From an uncultured delta proteobacterium (lineage in GTDB: Bacteria; Desulfobacterota; Binatia; DP-6): a DNA stretch of 64,000 nt. The notes beneath the pieces were generated by a model. That model saw only the letters and a list, made by a program, of their open reading frames with translations. It did no database searches and was not told the origin of the DNA. Of this stretch, positions 1 to 12,656 are shown in pieces (position 1 is the stretch's first letter; every line of letters begins with the position of its first letter). Where the stretch lies: contig CAVQLX010000015.1 of assembly GCA_963713495.1 (NCBI GenBank), positions 72,738 through 136,737 on the forward strand, given 5' to 3'. Both the position numbers and the translations under genes were made by a program.

Positions 1-1321
1 CCGCGATCGGATCGAACGTGTCGTTCTCGAGCGCCGCGGTGCTGAAGACGCCGATCTTGGCGGAGCCGAACGCCGCGACGTAGAGCGTGCCGCCGTCCGG
101 CGACACCGCCATGCCGACCGGCATCGACAAGCTGTGGTCCTTCACCCCGGCCGGTGCGGGAAGCTGCGAGTAGTCGATGTGCTTGTTCAGATGGCGCGGC
201 GCGACCCCGCCGGCGGACAGCACGGTGATCCGCGTCTCGGCGAGATGTCCCTGCACGGTGCTGCCGCCGAAGATGCCGGGACCCTCGAAGCGCACCTCGT
301 TGCGCGACTCGGTGTTCGAGACGTAGACTTTTCCGCTCACCGGGTTCACGCTCATGTTGAAGAGCGTCGTGCCGACACCGGTGTACGTCGTGCCCGGTAC
401 GAGCGTGGTGGCGTCGATCGCGAAGACGTCCTCGTCGGGCAGGTCGAACTGGACGGCGGGACTCCAGTCGCGACCGAGCTGATCCTCCCACTTGCCCGTC
501 GCGGGATCGATTCGCACGATCAGCCCGGTCTCCGGTGCGCGGACTCCGGAGTGGTCGGTGCCGGGTCCCGGCAGGCCGCCCGGCATCGTGATGCCGTCCA
601 CGACGCAGGGAGCGGCAGCCGTGAAGCCATCGCACACTGCGCCCTCCGAGAGGACCGTCGTCTGGTTGCCCGACTTGAAGATCGCCGCGTAGACGGTCCC
701 GCCGTCGGGGCTCACGGCCAGCGCACGGGGGGTGTCGCCGAACAGCGTGACGATGCGGATGGGAACGCCGCCGAACGCCGCGCCGAGCGCGTTCGCGTCG
801 AAGACCCAGACGTCGGCGCGGCCCACGCCGGGCGTGGTCAGCTGCGGATCACCCGCTCCGGGCACGCTCGCGAGCGACGGATCGGTGCGCTGCTGTCCCC
901 GGTGCGCCGTGGTGATGAACGCGCGGGAGCCGCCCGGACCGGCGAACACGATGTCGCGGGGCTCGTCGCCGACGAGGAGCGTGCGCACCACCCGCGGCGG
1001 GTCCGCCGCGACGTCGACGATGCTGACGCTGTCGGAGAGGTGGTTCACCACCCACACCTCGCTCGCCGATCGCACCGCCACGGCCACGGGCTCCAGGCCG
1101 ACGGGGACGGCCGCGCGATGCGTGAGGCCGGCGGCGGTGACGTCGAAGATCTCGAGGCGGTTGTCGGGCGTGTTGACCGTGAACAGCCTGCTGCCGTCGG
1201 CCGAGAGGGCCAGCGGCCGGACCTGCCCGCTCTCGAAGGTGACGAAGTCTGCCACGGCAGGAGCGGCAACCACGAGCGCGAGTAGCAGGGCGACGGGAAG
1301 GGGGAGACGGCGGGTCGACAC
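1..1321 (-). CDS. Secreted beta-propeller repeat protein (YVTN/NHL-like), C-terminal part truncated by the window edge
   Basis: Reverse-strand reading frame open to the window start. GTG start at 1321 followed by a signal-peptide-like [24 protein letters not shown]. Repeated ~40-residue units with the S-V-D / L-Y-V motif pattern typical of YVTN propellers. Not in the ORF track because it is open-ended. Confidence 0.55.
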   Translation of the reverse strand, partial: MSTRRLPLPVALLLALVVAAPAVADFVTFESGQVRPLALSADGSRLFTVNTPDNRLEIFDVTAAGLTHRAAVPVGLEPVAVAVRSASEVWVVNHLSDSVSIVDVAADPPRVVRTLLVGDEPRDIVFAGPGGSRAFITTAHRGQQRTDPSLASVPGAGDPQLTTPGVGRADVWVFDANALGAAFGGVPIRIVTLFGDTPRALAVSPDGGTVYAAIFKSGNQTTVLSEGAVCDGFTAAAPCVVDGITMPGGLPGPGTDHSGVRAPETGLIVRIDPATGKWEDQLGRDWSPAVQFDLPDEDVFAIDATTLVPGTTYTGVGTTLFNMSVNPVSGKVYVSNTESRNEVRFEGPGIFGGSTVQGHLAETRITVLSAGGVAPRHLNKHIDYSQLPAPAGVKDHSLSMPVGMAVSPDGGTLYVAAFGSAKIGVFSTAALENDTFDPIA

Positions 1322-1454
1322 GCAGCATCATCGATGACTCCTCTGTTGGATCGGGGTCCCCTGGGCTCCTGAACGGTATCGCCCGATATCCCAGCGTCAA
1401 CGGAAAGCTGCCAACCGGCTCAGGGGGCGTCTGAACGGTCGGGGGGCCAGCAGC

Positions 1455-2321
1455 CTAGCTGGAGGCCGCGGACAGCAGGCCCCGCAGCTCGCTCTCCTCG
1501 ACCACGTAGCGGGCTGCGCAGAACTCGCAGGTGACCTGGGCCTGCCGATCCGTCTCGAGCACCGACTCGATCTCCGTCCGGCCCATCGCCAGGATCGCCG
1601 CAGCCACCCGCTCACGGCTGCAGCGACAGCGGAATCGTACCTGGCGCTCCTCGAGGACCGACAGGTCGCCGCCGACGAGCGCCTGCAGCATGTCGACCGG
1701 CCCGAGGCCGTCGCGCACCAGCTCGCTGGGGGTGGCGACCCGCTCGACCCGCGCAGCCACCGCATCGAGCGCGTCGTCGGATGCGCCGGGCAGGGCCTGG
1801 ACCAGGTAGCCGCCCGCGGCCGCGACCCGCCCGTCGGTATCGACGAACACGCCGACGCCGACCGCCGCCCGGGTCTGCTCGGAGGCGAGCAGGTAGCTCG
1901 CGAGATCGGCGCCGATCTCCCCCGACGCGAGCGGCACCACGCTGCGGTAGAGGGAGCCGGCCGCGAGCGGCACGCGCATGACGCAGAGGAGACCCTGCCC
2001 GAGCGCCCCGCCGACGTCGAGCTTACCGCGCCGCGGCGGGAGGTGCGTCGCCGGCCGGAGGACGAACCCGCGCGCGTCGCCGTCGGGCGTGGCGTCCGCG
2101 AGGACGCCGCGGAGCGGGCCGTCGCCGCTGAACTCGAGCGACAGGCGCTCGTCGCGCTTGATGGTGGCGGCGAGGAGCAACGCGCCGGTGAGGGCGCGCC
2201 CGAGCGCGGCGGTCGCGGTGGGTGCCGTGCCGTGGCGGCCGCGCGCTTCCTCGACCAGGCCCGTGGTGACGGCGGCGAGCGCGCGCACGGTGCCACCGCA
2301 CGCCAGCGCACGCGCCAGCAC
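1455..2321 (-). CDS. hslO: Redox-regulated chaperone Hsp33
   Basis: C-terminal zinc centre CRCSRERV...CEFCAARY (CxC...CxxC) and Hsp33-like N-domain. An in-frame GTG at 2321 abuts the dsbD stop at 2323-2325, giving 289 aa. The track ORF extends to 2414 but overlaps the upstream gene. Confidence 0.85.
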   Translation of the reverse strand: MLARALACGGTVRALAAVTTGLVEEARGRHGTAPTATAALGRALTGALLLAATIKRDERLSLEFSGDGPLRGVLADATPDGDARGFVLRPATHLPPRRGKLDVGGALGQGLLCVMRVPLAAGSLYRSVVPLASGEIGADLASYLLASEQTRAAVGVGVFVDTDGRVAAAGGYLVQALPGASDDALDAVAARVERVATPSELVRDGLGPVDMLQALVGGDLSVLEERQVRFRCRCSRERVAAAILAMGRTEIESVLETDRQAQVTCEFCAARYVVEESELRGLLSAASS

Positions 2322-2322
2322 A

Positions 2323-4008
2323 TCAGCCACGCGTCGCTCCGGACGCCTCCCGCAAGCCGTCGAGCATGCGCTCGACGGGCACGAACCCGATGAATCGCTT
2401 GCGCTCCTGGCCATCGGGACCGAGCAGGACGTAGGTGGGCACGCCGGGAATCTGCCAGTGGGCCATCAACGCCTCCGCCTGATCGTCCTCGGCGGTGACG
2501 TCGGCCTTCAACGCGGCGAAGTCGCGCGTCGCGCGCACCACGGCGGGATCGCGGAAGGTCGTGCGCTCCATCTCGCGGCAGGGGAGACACCAGGCGGCCT
2601 GGAAGTCGATCAGAACGGGACGGCCGGTGGCGGTCGCGTGCGCGAGCGCCTGGTCGGAGAACGGCACCCATGCGATCGGATTCTCCGCCTCGGCGACGAA
2701 GAACCCGCTCAGCCCCACGACGATGGCGCCCGCGCCCGCCAGCCGGCGCGCCCAGCGATAGCCGACCGGCTCGCCCGCGACGGCGCCGAGGAAGCCGAGC
2801 ACCAGACCCGCGACGATGAGCAGCGCGGTCCACAGCCCCTGCACGATGCCCGGTCGCAGCAGCGGCGTGACGAAGTGCAGCGCGAGGCCGATCAGCACGA
2901 AGCCGAAGAGCCGCTCCATCCAGGCGAGCCAGGCGCCGCTGCGCGGCAGCCGTCGCAGCCTGCCGGCCGCGGTCGCGAGGGCGACGTACGGCAGGCCCAT
3001 GCCGAGTCCGAGCACGAAGAAGAGGGCGAAGCCGAGGAGCACGGACTGGCGCGCGCCGACGTAGAGCAGGAGCGCGGCGACGATCGGCCCGATGCAGGGA
3101 GCGCCGACCACGCCCATGGTGAGCCCCATGAAGAGCGCGCCGAACGCGCCGTCGCCCCCGCGGCCCGCCGCCTGCATGAGCACCGACGGCAGCCGCACCT
3201 GGTACAGGCCGAAGTTGCCGAGCGCGAGCGCCACCATCAGGAGCGCGATCCCGCCAAGGACGACCGGCTGCTGCATCGCGGCGCCGAAGAGCGATCCCGT
3301 GAGGGCGGCGGCGACACCGAGCGCGGAGAAGGTGATGCAGATGCCGAGGACGTAGAGCAGCGCGTGCGCCACCCGGGTGCTCTCCGCAACCCTACGCCCC
3401 CCGAAGAACGCGATCGTGACCGAGATCATGGGATAGACGCAGGGGGTGAGGTTGAGCGCGAGCCCGAGGAGCCCCACCCACAGGAACGTGACTCCCCATC
3501 CCCATCGCGCGACGGCATCGGCCACCGCGTTGTCCACGCCGGCCCCGGCGGCACCCGTCTGCTGCTCTGCGACCAGGTCCAGGGTCCGCGGCGGCAGGCA
3601 GGTCGTGTCGTTGCACGCCTGGAAGCGGAGCCGCGCGCGAACGGGAGCCGCGGCGGAGGCGCCGCCGGTGAGCGGCGCGGTCAGCTTGACCGTCCCCTCG
3701 TAGAGCAGCAGCGGCTTGCCGGGCGAGAAGGCGAGGGTCCGCTCCACGGGCGTCGGCCAGGTGATCGCGCCGGCCGTCTGTCCCTGTGGCGGGCTCACGT
3801 CGAGCGTGGTCGGGATGAGGAACGCGTCGCGTGGCTCGTGGCCGTTGATGTGCCAGCCCGGAGCGATGGTCACCTCGGCGACCGCCTGGCCGGGGTCCGC
3901 CTGGAGGCGCGCGCTCACCGGGTCGCCGTCGGCGCGCGCGAGCGCCGGCAGCGCGAGGACCGCGAGCAAGGCCGGTAGCAGCCGGTGGATCGTGGAGAAC
4001 CTCGCCAC
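2323..4008 (-). CDS. dsbD: Thiol:disulfide interchange protein DsbD (signal peptide, DsbD-alpha domain, CcdA-like TM core, C-terminal thioredoxin)
   Basis: Signal peptide MARFSTIHRLLPALLAVLALPALARA, TM core with CVYPM motif, C-terminal WCLPC thioredoxin motif. 561 aa. Confidence 0.85.
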   Translation of the reverse strand: MARFSTIHRLLPALLAVLALPALARADGDPVSARLQADPGQAVAEVTIAPGWHINGHEPRDAFLIPTTLDVSPPQGQTAGAITWPTPVERTLAFSPGKPLLLYEGTVKLTAPLTGGASAAAPVRARLRFQACNDTTCLPPRTLDLVAEQQTGAAGAGVDNAVADAVARWGWGVTFLWVGLLGLALNLTPCVYPMISVTIAFFGGRRVAESTRVAHALLYVLGICITFSALGVAAALTGSLFGAAMQQPVVLGGIALLMVALALGNFGLYQVRLPSVLMQAAGRGGDGAFGALFMGLTMGVVGAPCIGPIVAALLLYVGARQSVLLGFALFFVLGLGMGLPYVALATAAGRLRRLPRSGAWLAWMERLFGFVLIGLALHFVTPLLRPGIVQGLWTALLIVAGLVLGFLGAVAGEPVGYRWARRLAGAGAIVVGLSGFFVAEAENPIAWVPFSDQALAHATATGRPVLIDFQAAWCLPCREMERTTFRDPAVVRATRDFAALKADVTAEDDQAEALMAHWQIPGVPTYVLLGPDGQERKRFIGFVPVERMLDGLREASGATRG

Positions 4009-4014
4009 GGCAGC

Positions 4015-5241
4015 TCAGCGGAGCGGGATCACCTTCGACGGACCTGCGGACTGCCCGGGCTGTCCCGGCGATCCTCCCGACTCCCCCGAGCGTCCGCCCG
4101 CGACCTCCGAGAGCGGCACCCACTCGACGATCTCCAGACCGTAGCCCGGCAGGCTGACGAGCCGCAGCGGATTGTTCGTGAGCCAGCGGATCTTGCGCAC
4201 GCCGATGTCACGCAGGATCTGCGCGCCGATCCCGAAGTCGCGGAAGATGCTGGCGCGCGGCGAGGCGAAGCCGCTGCTCGGCGCCTGTCTGCTGGCGCCC
4301 TCCGGCACGTCGAAGAGGTCGAGCCCGCGGCCCGAGCGCCGGAGATAGAGGATGACGCCGCGTCCCTCGGCCTCGATCCGCTCCATGGCGCGGTGGAGCA
4401 GCGACCGGGTGTCGCGCGGCGCGTAGGCGAAGATGTCGCCGGGCAGGTACTCGAGATGCGGGCGCACGAGCACCGGCTCCGGGCCGCCGACGTCGCCCTT
4501 CACCAGGACCAGGTGCTCGTTGTCGTCGATGTCCGTGGTGTAGACCAGCGCACGGAACTGGCCGCCGTACGACGTGGAGAGCGGAGCCTCGGCGACGCAG
4601 TGCACCAGCTTGTCGTGCGCGCTGCGATACGCGATCAGGTCGGCGATGGTGGCGATCTTGAGACCGTGCTTGCGCGCGAATCCTTCCAGATCGGGAAGCC
4701 TCGCCATGCTGCCGTCGTCACGCATGATCTCGCAGATGACGCCGGCCGGGGCGAGGTCCGCCAGCCGCGCGAGATCGACCGCGCCCTCGGTCTGGCCGGC
4801 ACGCACCAGAACTCCGCCCCGTCGCGCCCGCAGCGGGAACACGTGCCCGGGCGTGACGATGTCCGCCGGCGTGGAGTCGGCACGGATCGCCGTGCGGATC
4901 GTGGTGGCCCGATCGGTGGCGGAGATTCCCCGCCCGATGCCGGAGCGCGCGTCGATCGACACCGTGAACGCGGTGCCGAGAGGCGCCCGGTTCTCCCGCA
5001 CCATCATCGGAAGCCCGAGCTGCTCGCACTGGTGCTCGGTGAGCGACAGGCAGATGAGCCCCCGGCCGTGCGTCGCCATGAAGTTGATGTGCTCGGGGGT
5101 GACGCGGTCCGCCGCGACGCAGAGATCGCCCTCGTTCTCGCGATCCTCGTCGTCCATGAGGATGATCATCCGCCCCGCGCGGATCTCCTCCAGCGCCTCC
5201 ACGGTGGGGACGATGCTGGACCCGGCACGCCTGTGCGGCAC
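4015..5241 (-). CDS. ribBA: Bifunctional 3,4-dihydroxy-2-butanone-4-phosphate synthase / GTP cyclohydrolase II
   Basis: RibB signature MIILMDDEDRENEGDL followed by a RibA domain. GTG start chosen at 5241, 24 codons before the RibB core. The remainder of the 727-aa track ORF upstream is non-coding extension. Confidence 0.9.
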   Translation of the reverse strand: MPHRRAGSSIVPTVEALEEIRAGRMIILMDDEDRENEGDLCVAADRVTPEHINFMATHGRGLICLSLTEHQCEQLGLPMMVRENRAPLGTAFTVSIDARSGIGRGISATDRATTIRTAIRADSTPADIVTPGHVFPLRARRGGVLVRAGQTEGAVDLARLADLAPAGVICEIMRDDGSMARLPDLEGFARKHGLKIATIADLIAYRSAHDKLVHCVAEAPLSTSYGGQFRALVYTTDIDDNEHLVLVKGDVGGPEPVLVRPHLEYLPGDIFAYAPRDTRSLLHRAMERIEAEGRGVILYLRRSGRGLDLFDVPEGASRQAPSSGFASPRASIFRDFGIGAQILRDIGVRKIRWLTNNPLRLVSLPGYGLEIVEWVPLSEVAGGRSGESGGSPGQPGQSAGPSKVIPLR

Positions 5242-5325
5242 GCGGCGATGATAACCGCGGGCACCCGAGGAGGCCAGACCCGCGCCAGCTATCGCTTCCG
5301 GGCCGGGCCGTGCTACCCAGCCGGC

Positions 5326-6561
5326 ATGTCCCGCGGTCTCGCCACCCTGCTGTCCGCCCTCCTGCTGGCCGGCTCGGCGGCCGCGCACGCCAGCCCGTCC
5401 GACGTCGACCGCGTCGCCGGGACGGCGCGTCAGGGCGTCCGCTCCATCGTGAAGCGCCTGTCGGGCGCGTCGTTCGCCGGGCGGGACAACGACACCCCCG
5501 AGTCCGACCGGGCGCAGCGCCTGCTGATCCGCAAGCTGCGGCGCTTCGGCAGCGGGCTGAACACCGCCGCCACCGGCGACGATGCGTTCCGGCAGCCGTT
5601 CGAGCAGTCGGGCCAGATCGGGACGAACCTGGTGGCGGTCATCCGGGGGCGGGAGCTCCCGGACGAGTACGTCGTCGTCGGGGCGCACTACGACCACCTC
5701 GACTCGCGCAGCACGCCGTCCGGGTCGTGCTCGATCCGCAACGCCCCCGGCGGCGTCATCTGTCCCGGCGCGACCGACAACGCCGCGGGCGTCGGTGCGG
5801 TGCTCGGCATCGGGCGCGCGCTCGGCAAGCTGTCGCAGCCGCCGCGGCGCTCGGTGGTGCTGGCGCTGTGGGACGCCGAGGAGGACGGCCTGCTCGGCTC
5901 GCTGTACTACGTGCAGCATCCGCTGGTTCCGCTGGCGAAGACCGTCGCCTACGTCAACTTCGACATCCAGGGCGCCAACCTCCTGCCGTCGCTCCGTCGC
6001 GTCAGCTTCGCGGTCGGCGCGGAGACGGGCGGCAGCGCGCTCGGCGCCTTCGTGAGCAACGCGGTGGCCGCGGAGGGGCTCGACACCCGGCCGGTGAGCT
6101 TCATCTTCGGGCAGCTGCGCAGCGACTACGCGAACTTCGTGCGTATCGGAAAGGTGCCGACCGTCTTCTTCTCGGACTCGACGGGCGGCTGCTACCACAC
6201 CACCGGCGACACCTTCGACGTCGTCGACACGCGCAAGCTCGCCGTCCAGACGCGCATCGCCTTCCGCACCACGGTCGCCCTCGCCGACACGCTCTCACCG
6301 CCTCCGTTCCGCGGCGAGAACCCGGCCGCCGCGACGTACCAGGACGCGCTGTCGCTGAATCACGTCTTCTCCACGGCGCAGAGCGACCTGGCGCTCTTCT
6401 CCCCGGCCGATCAGGTGATCGTGCAGCAGCTCCAGAGCGACGTCGCCGCCGTCGTCGCCGCGGGTCCGGATGCGTTCGGCTCCGCACAGGTGGGCGCGCT
6501 GCTGAACGCCGCGCTGCAAGGGATCAACGCCCTCACCCGCCTGCCCTGCCAGCGCTTCTGA
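5326..6561 (+). CDS. M28 family zinc aminopeptidase, secreted
   Basis: Signal peptide MSRGLATLLSALLLAGSAAAHA. M28 metal-binding region HYDHLD...ATDNAAG...DAEEDGLLGS. ATG at 5326, divergent from ribBA. Confidence 0.8.
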   Translation: MSRGLATLLSALLLAGSAAAHASPSDVDRVAGTARQGVRSIVKRLSGASFAGRDNDTPESDRAQRLLIRKLRRFGSGLNTAATGDDAFRQPFEQSGQIGTNLVAVIRGRELPDEYVVVGAHYDHLDSRSTPSGSCSIRNAPGGVICPGATDNAAGVGAVLGIGRALGKLSQPPRRSVVLALWDAEEDGLLGSLYYVQHPLVPLAKTVAYVNFDIQGANLLPSLRRVSFAVGAETGGSALGAFVSNAVAAEGLDTRPVSFIFGQLRSDYANFVRIGKVPTVFFSDSTGGCYHTTGDTFDVVDTRKLAVQTRIAFRTTVALADTLSPPPFRGENPAAATYQDALSLNHVFSTAQSDLALFSPADQVIVQQLQSDVAAVVAAGPDAFGSAQVGALLNAALQGINALTRLPCQRF

Positions 6562-6564
6562 GCG

Positions 6565-8391
<1,827 letters not shown>

Positions 8392-8396
8392 GGTGC

Positions 8397-9842
8397 TTAG
8401 CGTCCTCGCCGGCGACGGGCGCGGAAGCGCTCGACCCAGCCCTCGACGAATTTCACCGGCGCCCGGCTGAGCGCGAGCGCGCCGGCGGGCACGTCCTTCG
8501 TCACCGTGGTGCCCGCCGCGACGTACGCGTCGTCGGCGACCGTCACCGGCGCGACCAGCTGCGTGTCGCTCCCGATCTGCACGCGCGCCCCGATGCGGGT
8601 GAAATGCTTCTCGAACCCGTCGTAGTTGCAGGTGATGGTGCCGGCCCCGACGTTGCTGTCGGGCCCCACCTCGCAATCGCCCAGGTAGGTGAGGTGGTTG
8701 GCCTTCGTCCCTGCCCCGATCGCCGCCTTCTTGGTCTCGACGAAGTTCCCGATGTGCACGCGCTCCGCGAGCCGCGTGCCCGCGCGCAGGCGCGCGAACG
8801 GTCCGACGACGGCCGCGCTGCCGATCTCCGCCTGCTCGACCCAGCAGCCGAACAGCAGGTGCACGCCATCGGCGAGCACGGCGTCCACGAGCCACGACGT
8901 GCCGTCGAGACGGCACTCGCGGCCGATGCGCGTGCGGCCGCGCAGGGTGACGTTCGCGCCGATCACGGTATCGGCGCCGATCTCCACCTCGGGACCGACG
9001 TATGCGGTGCGCGGATCCTCGAACGTCACGCCCGCCGCCATCCAGCGCTCGACGGTCCGATCTCTCAGCGTCGTCTCCATGTCTGCCAGCTCCGCTCGCG
9101 TGTTGATGCCGGCCACCTCGTCCGGCTGCTCGCTCTCGAGCGTGGTCACCCGATGACCCGCCTGCGCCGCCAGGGCGACGATGTCCGTCAGGTAGAACTC
9201 GCGCTGCGCGTTGTCGTCGCGCAACGCGGCCAGCAGCGGCCGCAGCGACTCGGCGCCCACGCAGTAGACTCCCGGATTGACCTCGGTGATCGTCTTCTCC
9301 TCGGCCGTGGCGTCGCGCTCCTCGACGATGCCCCGCACGCGGCCGTCGGGGTCGCGCACGATCCTGCCGTAGCCGGTGGGATCCGCCTGGCGCACCGTGA
9401 GCAGCGAGAGATGCGCGCGCTGCTCGCGGTGCGCCTCGACCAGCCGGCGCAACGTCTCCGGACGGATCAGCGGGACATCGCCATAGAGGATGAGGACGTC
9501 TCCCGAGAAGCCGTCGAGGGCGGGCAGGGCGCAGCGCACCGCGTGCCCCGTGCCGCGTTGCTCCTCCTGGAGGACGGCGCGGATGCCGGGAAGGCCGGAC
9601 GCGTCGGCCGCGTCCCGGACCTGATCGGCCTGGTGCCCGACCACCACCACGATGCGCTCCGGCTCGAGGCTTCCGACGGCCGCCAGCGGATAGCGCAGGA
9701 GCGGCCGCCCGCCCAGCTGGTGCAGCACCTTGGCCCGGGCCGACCGCATGCGGGTCCCCAGACCGGCCGCCAGTACGATCGCTGCCAGGGGGGCCCGGTC
9801 GGTCACGGTCGTCGCGCTATCACATTCCCGGAAGGGGTGCAT
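8397..9842 (-). CDS. glmU: Bifunctional UDP-N-acetylglucosamine pyrophosphorylase / glucosamine-1-phosphate N-acetyltransferase
   Basis: N-terminal LAAGLGTRM nucleotidyltransferase motif and a C-terminal left-handed beta-helix hexapeptide repeat domain. The true start may be the in-frame GTG at 9806 (VTDRAPLAAIVLAAG). Confidence 0.9.
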   Translation of the reverse strand: MHPFRECDSATTVTDRAPLAAIVLAAGLGTRMRSARAKVLHQLGGRPLLRYPLAAVGSLEPERIVVVVGHQADQVRDAADASGLPGIRAVLQEEQRGTGHAVRCALPALDGFSGDVLILYGDVPLIRPETLRRLVEAHREQRAHLSLLTVRQADPTGYGRIVRDPDGRVRGIVEERDATAEEKTITEVNPGVYCVGAESLRPLLAALRDDNAQREFYLTDIVALAAQAGHRVTTLESEQPDEVAGINTRAELADMETTLRDRTVERWMAAGVTFEDPRTAYVGPEVEIGADTVIGANVTLRGRTRIGRECRLDGTSWLVDAVLADGVHLLFGCWVEQAEIGSAAVVGPFARLRAGTRLAERVHIGNFVETKKAAIGAGTKANHLTYLGDCEVGPDSNVGAGTITCNYDGFEKHFTRIGARVQIGSDTQLVAPVTVADDAYVAAGTTVTKDVPAGALALSRAPVKFVEGWVERFRARRRRGR

Positions 9843-9888
9843 GGCTCGATCGGACCCTGCTTGCCCACCCCCCGGGTCCTACGAGACA

Positions 9889-10479
9889 ATGAGACGCATC
9901 ATGTGGGCGGCGCGTGTCGTGGTGGTGGGGATGGTGATGATGACGCTGAACGCGGGATGCGCGACACGGAAGAAGCCCGTGCCGCCGGCGCGGATCGTCG
10001 CGGACGAGGACCGGCTCGACTGGGCCGCCAACGAGCCCGACTTCATCGTCATCCGGAAATCCTGTCGAACGCTCGACGTGTACCGGTACGGCGAGCGCAT
10101 CCGCAGCTATCCGGCGGTGTTCGGCCAGGGCGGCCGCGAGCGAAAGCTCTACGAGGGCGACTATCGCACGCCGAACGGGCTCTACACGATCATCGGCGAT
10201 CGCTGGCACGAGCGCTGGGAGCACTTCTTCCTGCTCGACTACCCGAACGCCGACGACGCGTATCGCTACGAGGTGGCGCTCGCCTCGGGCGACGTCCCGG
10301 TGCGCGGCGGCGCGCACGCCGGGATCGGCGGCGCGGTCGGCATCCACGGCACCGACAAGCCGTGGCTGAACCAGACCGGGGTCGACTGGACGTGGGGCTG
10401 CATCTCGATCGACAACGATGCCGTGCGAGATCTCGTCACGCTCGTCCACGTCGGCACGCCCGTCCTGATCCAGGACTGA
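9889..10479 (+). CDS. L,D-transpeptidase lipoprotein (YkuD domain)
   Basis: Lipoprotein signal MRRIMWAARVVVVGMVMMTLNAGC. Catalytic region GIHGTDKP...TWGCISIDNDAV (His/Cys dyad of YkuD). Confidence 0.75.
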   Translation: MRRIMWAARVVVVGMVMMTLNAGCATRKKPVPPARIVADEDRLDWAANEPDFIVIRKSCRTLDVYRYGERIRSYPAVFGQGGRERKLYEGDYRTPNGLYTIIGDRWHERWEHFFLLDYPNADDAYRYEVALASGDVPVRGGAHAGIGGAVGIHGTDKPWLNQTGVDWTWGCISIDNDAVRDLVTLVHVGTPVLIQD

Positions 10480-10497
10480 GCGCGGCGCGCGGCCGAC

Positions 10498-12642
10498 TCA
10501 GCCGCGCGCCCGTTCCAGCGCGGGCGACAGGCGCTCGCCGCCGCGGCGCAGCCACACGCGCATCGCATCGACGACGATCAGCGCAACGAGTCCCATGAAG
10601 AACCCGGTGATGACAGCGTCGAGGCGCAGGTTGAAGATCTGGCTGCGGACCTGCGCGATCTTCTCCGCCGCGACGAGGCCGTCCGCCAGCTGCGCGGCGA
10701 GCTGATCCGCACCGGCGAGGAAGCCGAGCTTCGGGTCCGCAGACCAGATCTTCTGGTAGCCGGCGGTCATCGTGACCGCCAGCAGCCAGCCGAGCGGCGC
10801 GAGGGTCGTCCACGCGTAGCGTCCGCGGCCCGTCCGGATGATGATCGTCGTCGCGACGACCAGGGCGATTGCCGCGAGCAGCTGGTTGGCGATGCCGAAC
10901 AGCGGCCAGAGGATGTTGATGCCGCCGAGCGGGTCGATCACCCCCTGGTAGAGGAAGTATCCCCACGACCCGACCACGACGAGGCTGGCGAGGAACACGC
11001 TCGGGTACCAGCTCGTCCGTCCGAGCGGCGCCCAGACGTGTCCGAGGAGATCCTGCAGCATGAAGCGTCCGACACGCGTCCCCGCGTCGAGCGTGGTCAG
11101 GATGAAGAGGGCCTCGAACATGATCGCGAAGTGGTACCAGAGCGCGAGCGCCTCCCCGCCGAGCACGCGCGAGAAGATGGTCGCCATGCCGACCGCGAGG
11201 CTCGGCGCGCCGCCGGTACGCGCGAACAGCGTGCGCTCGCCGATCTCGTGCGCGAGCGTCGCCATCTGCTCCGGCGTCACCGCGAAGCCCCAGCTCGAGA
11301 TGGTGGCGGTCGCCGCGACAGGGTCGGCGCCCACCACGGCGGCGGGGCTGTTGATCGCGAAGTAGACGCCGGGCTGGAGCGCCGCGGCCGCCACCATCGC
11401 CATGATGGCGACGAACGACTCGAGCAGCATCGCGCCGTAGCCGATCATCGGGGCGTCGGTCTCCTGGCGCAGCAGCTTCGGCGTGGTGCCGGAGGAGATC
11501 AGCGAGTGGAAGCCCGAGATCGCGCCGCAGGCGATCGTGATGAAGACGAACGGGAAGACCTTGCCGGCGAAGATCGGGCCGGTTCCGTCGACGAAGCGAG
11601 TCACGGCCGGCAGGTGGACCTGCGGGCGCAGCACGACGATGCCGATCGCCAGCAACCCGATCGCGCCGAGCTTGACGAACGTCGAGAGATAGTCGCGCGG
11701 CGCGAGAAGCAGCCAGACCGGGAGCACCGAGGCCGCGAAGCCGTATGCGATGATCGTCCATGCCAGCGCCGGCGCGCTCAGCGTGAGCATGGGACCGAGG
11801 GTCGGGTGCTGATCGACCCAGCGGCCGCCGACCAGCGCGACGGCGAGCAGGACGAGACCCACCACGGTGGCGCCCTTCACGTCGTGCGGGCGCACCACAC
11901 GCATGTACCAGCCCATCAGCATGGCGATCGGGATCGTCAGGCCGACCGTGAACGTGCCCCACGGGCTGTGGTTGAGCGCGTTCACCACGACGAGCGCGAG
12001 CACCGCGATCAGGATCACCATGATCGAGAACACGCCCGCCAGCGCGGCGTAGCCGGCGAAGGGACCGATCTCGTCCTTCGCCATCTGGCCGAGCGAGTGA
12101 CCGTCGCGCCGCAGGCTGCCGCAGAGGATGCAGAAGTCCTGCACGGCGCCGCCCAGGACCACGCCGAAGAGGATCCAGAGCGTGCCCGGCAGGTAGCCGA
12201 ACTGCGCCGCCAGGGTCGGGCCGATGAGCGGCCCGGGCCCCGCGATGGCCGCGAAGTGATGTCCGAAGACCACCCAGCGGTTGGTCGGGACGAAGTCGCG
12301 GCCGTCGTTCAAGCGCTCCGCCGGTGTCGCCCGCGTCGCGTCGAGCGAGAACACGCGGGCCGCGATGAAGGCGCCGTAGTAGCGGTAGGCGAGGGCGTAG
12401 CAGGCGACCGCCGCGACGACGAACCAGACCGCGTTCACCGGCTCGCCGCGCGTGAGCGCGAGCACCGCGATCGCCACGGCGCCGCCGAGCGCAACCAGGA
12501 GCCAGCCGACGGCGCTCCAGAAACCACGCGCGCGCCGCGATGCCGGCGCTCCGGACGGATCGGCGCTCAATGTCGGCGCGGGTCCCGTGTACGCATCGTG
12601 GCTCCTCGACTGCGCCTTACAGGCAGTCCACGGCGGGATCAA
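10498..12642 (-). CDS. cstA: Carbon starvation protein A (CstA family peptide/pyruvate transporter)
   Basis: About 18 TM segments, alignable along its length to E. coli CstA ([15 protein letters not shown]... / ...[10 protein letters not shown]... / [15 protein letters not shown]). The true start is probably internal (in-frame TTG at 12570), since the first 24 codons of the track ORF do not match CstA N-termini. Confidence 0.85.
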   Translation of the reverse strand: MIPPWTACKAQSRSHDAYTGPAPTLSADPSGAPASRRARGFWSAVGWLLVALGGAVAIAVLALTRGEPVNAVWFVVAAVACYALAYRYYGAFIAARVFSLDATRATPAERLNDGRDFVPTNRWVVFGHHFAAIAGPGPLIGPTLAAQFGYLPGTLWILFGVVLGGAVQDFCILCGSLRRDGHSLGQMAKDEIGPFAGYAALAGVFSIMVILIAVLALVVVNALNHSPWGTFTVGLTIPIAMLMGWYMRVVRPHDVKGATVVGLVLLAVALVGGRWVDQHPTLGPMLTLSAPALAWTIIAYGFAASVLPVWLLLAPRDYLSTFVKLGAIGLLAIGIVVLRPQVHLPAVTRFVDGTGPIFAGKVFPFVFITIACGAISGFHSLISSGTTPKLLRQETDAPMIGYGAMLLESFVAIMAMVAAAALQPGVYFAINSPAAVVGADPVAATATISSWGFAVTPEQMATLAHEIGERTLFARTGGAPSLAVGMATIFSRVLGGEALALWYHFAIMFEALFILTTLDAGTRVGRFMLQDLLGHVWAPLGRTSWYPSVFLASLVVVGSWGYFLYQGVIDPLGGINILWPLFGIANQLLAAIALVVATTIIIRTGRGRYAWTTLAPLGWLLAVTMTAGYQKIWSADPKLGFLAGADQLAAQLADGLVAAEKIAQVRSQIFNLRLDAVITGFFMGLVALIVVDAMRVWLRRGGERLSPALERARG

Positions 12643-12656
12643 GGCTGCGCGGCTGC

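Noticed and set aside
1978-3978. 666-aa plus-strand ORF antisense to dsbD
   Set aside because: Arg/Ala/Pro-rich low-complexity translation with no domain signatures. It completely overlaps the well-supported dsbD and is a typical GC-skew artefact in 70% GC DNA.
5242-5325. FMN riboswitch upstream of ribBA
   Set aside because: Only 85 bp between divergent start codons, which is too short for the roughly 140-nt FMN aptamer. No conserved GGATGTC or AGGGC elements seen.
5242-6198. Upstream part of the 727-aa minus-strand ORF containing ribBA
   Set aside because: Only the C-terminal 408 codons match RibBA. The upstream stretch is R/G-rich nonsense and overlaps the real M28 peptidase on the other strand.
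8604-10598. 664-aa plus-strand ORF spanning glmU antisense and the L,D-transpeptidase region
   Set aside because: Low-complexity Arg-rich translation. The real genes in the region are glmU (minus) and the lipoprotein L,D-transpeptidase in another frame.
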